64,000 nucleotides of DNA from Phoronis australis (lineage: Eukaryota > Animalia > Phoronida): NCBI GenBank assembly GCA_002633005.1, contig NMRA01000536.1:76195-140194 (forward strand), read 5' to 3'. Positions within the stretch are counted from its first letter, which is position 1, and each line of letters opens with the position of its first letter. The notes under the pieces were generated by a model. The model did not search any database. It saw only the letters and a program-made list of their open reading frames with translations, and was not told the origin of the DNA. The translations under genes were made by a program, and so were the position numbers. Positions 60,601-64,000 of this stretch are shown here, in pieces.

Positions 60601-61847
60601 GAGATGCTAAAGGTTAGTGTTACTGACTTTAAGGGGGAAGTCGACTTACATTTTGCGCCACGCAATTTGCCAAAATCACAACAGCTGACTGCGAAAGTTT
60701 ATTCATGAACAAACAATTGGCGTCACATTAAACTTAAACCTTGACTCTCTAAAGTTCCACAAAAATGTGAGAAAAGTTCATTTAAACTGCCAAATAATTC
60801 TGGTAAGAAGTTTGTTCAAGTTGGCAGAATCTGGCCAAGTTGAATTCGTCCAATGGGGCTATTCGGAGAATTCTTCTCATGGTGTCGCCGCTGTACTAGT
60901 GGTGATTGAATTGCGCATGCGTCGCTATCTGCATGTAAACAACTGGTAAAAGATGGAATTATTCTCAAAATATGTTGTCGCGCTAAGCCTTATTACAGCT
61001 ATTTTCCGTGGTGCAAGTCTTCGACAGTTGGCCACAAATTCCCAAAAGACCTATGGTTACTATATTCGTGGACAATTGCTGTCAAAAGGGTCAACCAACT
61101 GACAAAAAGTGTGTGTGGATGCTGAAGCCCCTTGTGTACTTTATGCATTTCCGTTTACTTGGTAAGTTTTTAGCAATCAGTTTCTATTGACATCGTTCGG
61201 TAATGTTATCCCCACCAGTTAACCCACTTTATAATGGGTTTATTGAGTGGAACTACGTGTTTCTTTTCAGAAACTCACCTAGGACTCGGATGCCGGGTAG
61301 GCTAGCAGCACATATTCATATTGTCCTGGGTAGGAGTGCGCCCAATATAAGAGGTGTATCGTACTTGATGCTCAGAAGTCAAGGGTGACTTTTTCACAGC
61401 AGTTTCTCTTCAAAACTATGCTGTGTCTCATAAATTTCTCTAGATGAGCGAGTTTCCTTATTTTATAGCGGAAACCACCCCCAGGACTACCAGATTAGTT
61501 ACCGAATCAATATGAATAAGCCTTAATTCAGCAAATGTTACATTGCATTGCAATAAAATTTTACACATATGAATTTTGCTTGTTGAGATCAGAAGCACAT
61601 TTTAAATGTCATGAAAAATACACATTGTTGAATCACTTTTAGCCTGTTTCACATATTTTAGTTCAGATATTAAATAAGACTTGGGTTCAAAGATTATTAT
61701 TTTCTACATATAAACATGAAGATGAGACATCAAGTATGTTCTGCCTTACAAAAGTAGTTTGTCTTGTGTTTTCTTTTATAATTTGCTAAATATTTCTCCC
61801 ACTATTCTGTTACAGGTGAGAGAAAACAACTGAAACCAACCGCCTGA
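57678..61847 (+). CDS. THAP-domain protein B; exons 57678-58034, 59198-59270, 60505-60612, probable last exon 61816-61847 (~189 aa)
   Basis: MVCCCVPGC..FHRFP..W..RVCSKHF..Y..LKREALPSVF is a classic THAP; donor GCG|GTAAGT; exon 2 is a basic NLS (PRKRRIRRRKKIKR); phases 0/1/1 consistent; 3' exon choice uncertain. Confidence 0.8.
59981..60228. mobile_element. PIF/Harbinger-type MITE (248 bp) with 3-bp TSD CAG
   Basis: TIRs GGGCCCGTTCCA...TGGAACGGGACC (1 mismatch), CAG at 59978-59980 and 60229-60231. Confidence 0.8.
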
Positions 61848-64000
61848 CCATCTATTTTACCTTAGGACAAAGTGAAAAGCAAACTTTCAGCAATAACCTG
61901 AGAGAAATGAACCTAATTCAGAAATTCAGCACTTGATATGCCCGATTATGGACTCCATTGCAATGTTGTTTCTTTGTATGTATGTATGTATGTATGTGCT
62001 TGTTTTTAAATACGCTGATTAACTGTTTATTCTCGAATCTTGTGCATAGCAGATACTTATCCAGCTAGCTACAATTGAAAACATAGTATTACTTTTCTTG
62101 CATGTGCAACTTTTGTTCATAGACAAGTTAACACAAACCATAAAATTGTTCAGAGGCCTTCTTGAAAAAGCTCTAAAATAATAACACGCACAAACAAATC
62201 AAATGCAAACAATGGGAATACTTCATTTTGATCGCTAGGCATTTCTTTAGGTCAACAGGAAAATGCCAATTCGCAAGCGTATTCGGTAATCACTTCAGAT
62301 TTGTCAAGAATAAGCACAACTGCACTGTATGGGGCTTTAAAACTGATGAAATATTGTGGTTTCAATAATTAGTGACAAACTTGCCTATTGATTAATAGTT
62401 TATTTGATCATCAAAGTGTAACATTAACGAGCTTTCTACTGACAAGGCAATCGATGCAGTCACGGAATGTCATTTACCCATAATGTGTACGAAATTGAAA
62501 AGTTTTTACCATTAGTATAAAGCCTTTCTTCTGAAAGGAAAAGTTAATGTCACTCAGTGAGAAAGGACAGGTATTTATACCAGATGCTTTTGGTTTGCAT
62601 TTCACCTGGATCTAGTTTCAATGGCCTATAGAAGCGCTTGTAAAAAGGTCCAGTTTCAGCATGTGGTTTTCTTTCACGTAACCTCATTCAGCCTCAGTAA
62701 CATCCACAATTAGACCCTTGAAGGTAAACGCAACAGCATATCACTTGAATCGTTATGTGCCAAAATCGGACCCTGAACTAGACCAGAGTGTCAATAGGTC
62801 TTCTTTAGCTTCAGTCCCTCATGTTTCTTCCAAGAAAGGAAATAAGCTATTGTCCACTCACGACTCATTGCCTATTAAAGGGCATCTTCACCGACGAGGC
62901 TTACTTGTGTCGCGGTCAGATATATTTCCTCTTCATACACAAACAATCCACTGACACACTGTCTTATGGTAACTTAGTACTGCGATTCACATTTCTCCAG
63001 GGCCACTGACTTCTACATTGTGCCACGTATCACTGCTGGTGTGTGGAAGTGCTGTGGGGAGAGAACGGAGTAACAAAGCTTGTCTATGTTGCGGCTTGAA
63101 GTGGCCTAAAAATATCACTGAACCTGGAACGAATATTGAAATAGGAATAATTAAGTACTACAGGTTGGGTAAAAAATGCTACCCCTGTTCTTAAAAAATA
63201 TGAAATGGTGACTGCTCTACAATTTCACATAAAATTAAATAGTTATTATTTTCAGAAACCAAGGGTGTTTATAATAAGTATTGCATGAAACTGCGTCTTT
63301 ATTTTTCATTCGTATCCATAAGAATTCTTTAAACACATCACTTGTCTGCAAAACATACAAGTTTTTTTGTGACAACTTCAAACCTGTGTTACCCATTTTC
63401 AAGCCTTTTTAATTTTGATACTTTCAGCAATTTTAAACTCCGATTACAGATTCATGGGTCTGTTAAGCATACTTCTAGTCTAAGGCCGAGGGAACCATCA
63501 CTTTTTATTTTTCTGCTAATAGAAGATATGAAGACTTGGGTCATTTAAAAATGATCAATAATCTTTCTGTTTAACAGTAATTACAAATCGTAAGGCACCA
63601 TCAAAAATGCAATACTCACAAAAAACGGTAGTCATTTGAATTTGTAAACGACTTACAACATTTCAAGGTGCGAGTTAAGACTATTCAGTCACTGAGAATT
63701 TAGAAAATGTAATATATTTTTATGAGTTTACAATTGATAGCAAAACAGTTTCATGAAATAAACTTGAAGAAACTTCAAGATGGTTAAGAATTACTTTACC
63801 ATTCTCTTTCCCCCAGACATGTATTACCTGTTACTTCCACAAATTCAGTTTCACCAAATTTTACAACCCCAACCCCCTATGCCAATCCCTCGTTAAGGAC
63901 CTGAATAAGTAAATTTAACAAAACGACTCAGTTACCTTTCTTTAAAAATAGCTGTTCCTTTTCAAAGGCTTTGTCGTTGTCTCCGCTATGGAAAGTAGGT

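Overview
AT-rich eukaryotic (metazoan, probably marine invertebrate; species not determinable) genomic DNA with GT-AG introns, many decayed transposons and one assembly gap (14311-14800). Left part: a tandem cluster of three paralogous C2H2 zinc-finger genes on the minus strand (3929-5983, 12491-13666, 22867-24393), each with its ORF in one exon and sharing an N-terminal region I do not recognise (27-aa IKEE repeats, LFxPTE/D..ECxx motif). A THAP-domain exon (18295-18775) lies upstream of the middle gene on the same strand and could splice in frame into it. Right part: a 3-exon multi-pass membrane protein gene (+, 31150-33963), a 13-exon FAM234-like FG-GAP beta-propeller gene (-, 36899-53325) and, head-to-head with it, a second THAP gene (+, from 57678). 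Mobile DNA includes an L1/Tx1-type LINE remnant, a Penelope GIY-YIG remnant with a decayed hammerhead ribozyme, a 1.3-kb CAC...GTG TIR element with a 5-bp flanking duplication, a Harbinger-type MITE, a tRNA-derived SINE and other MITE/foldback families. Gene models were built by eye from splice signals and frame, without expression data or database searches.
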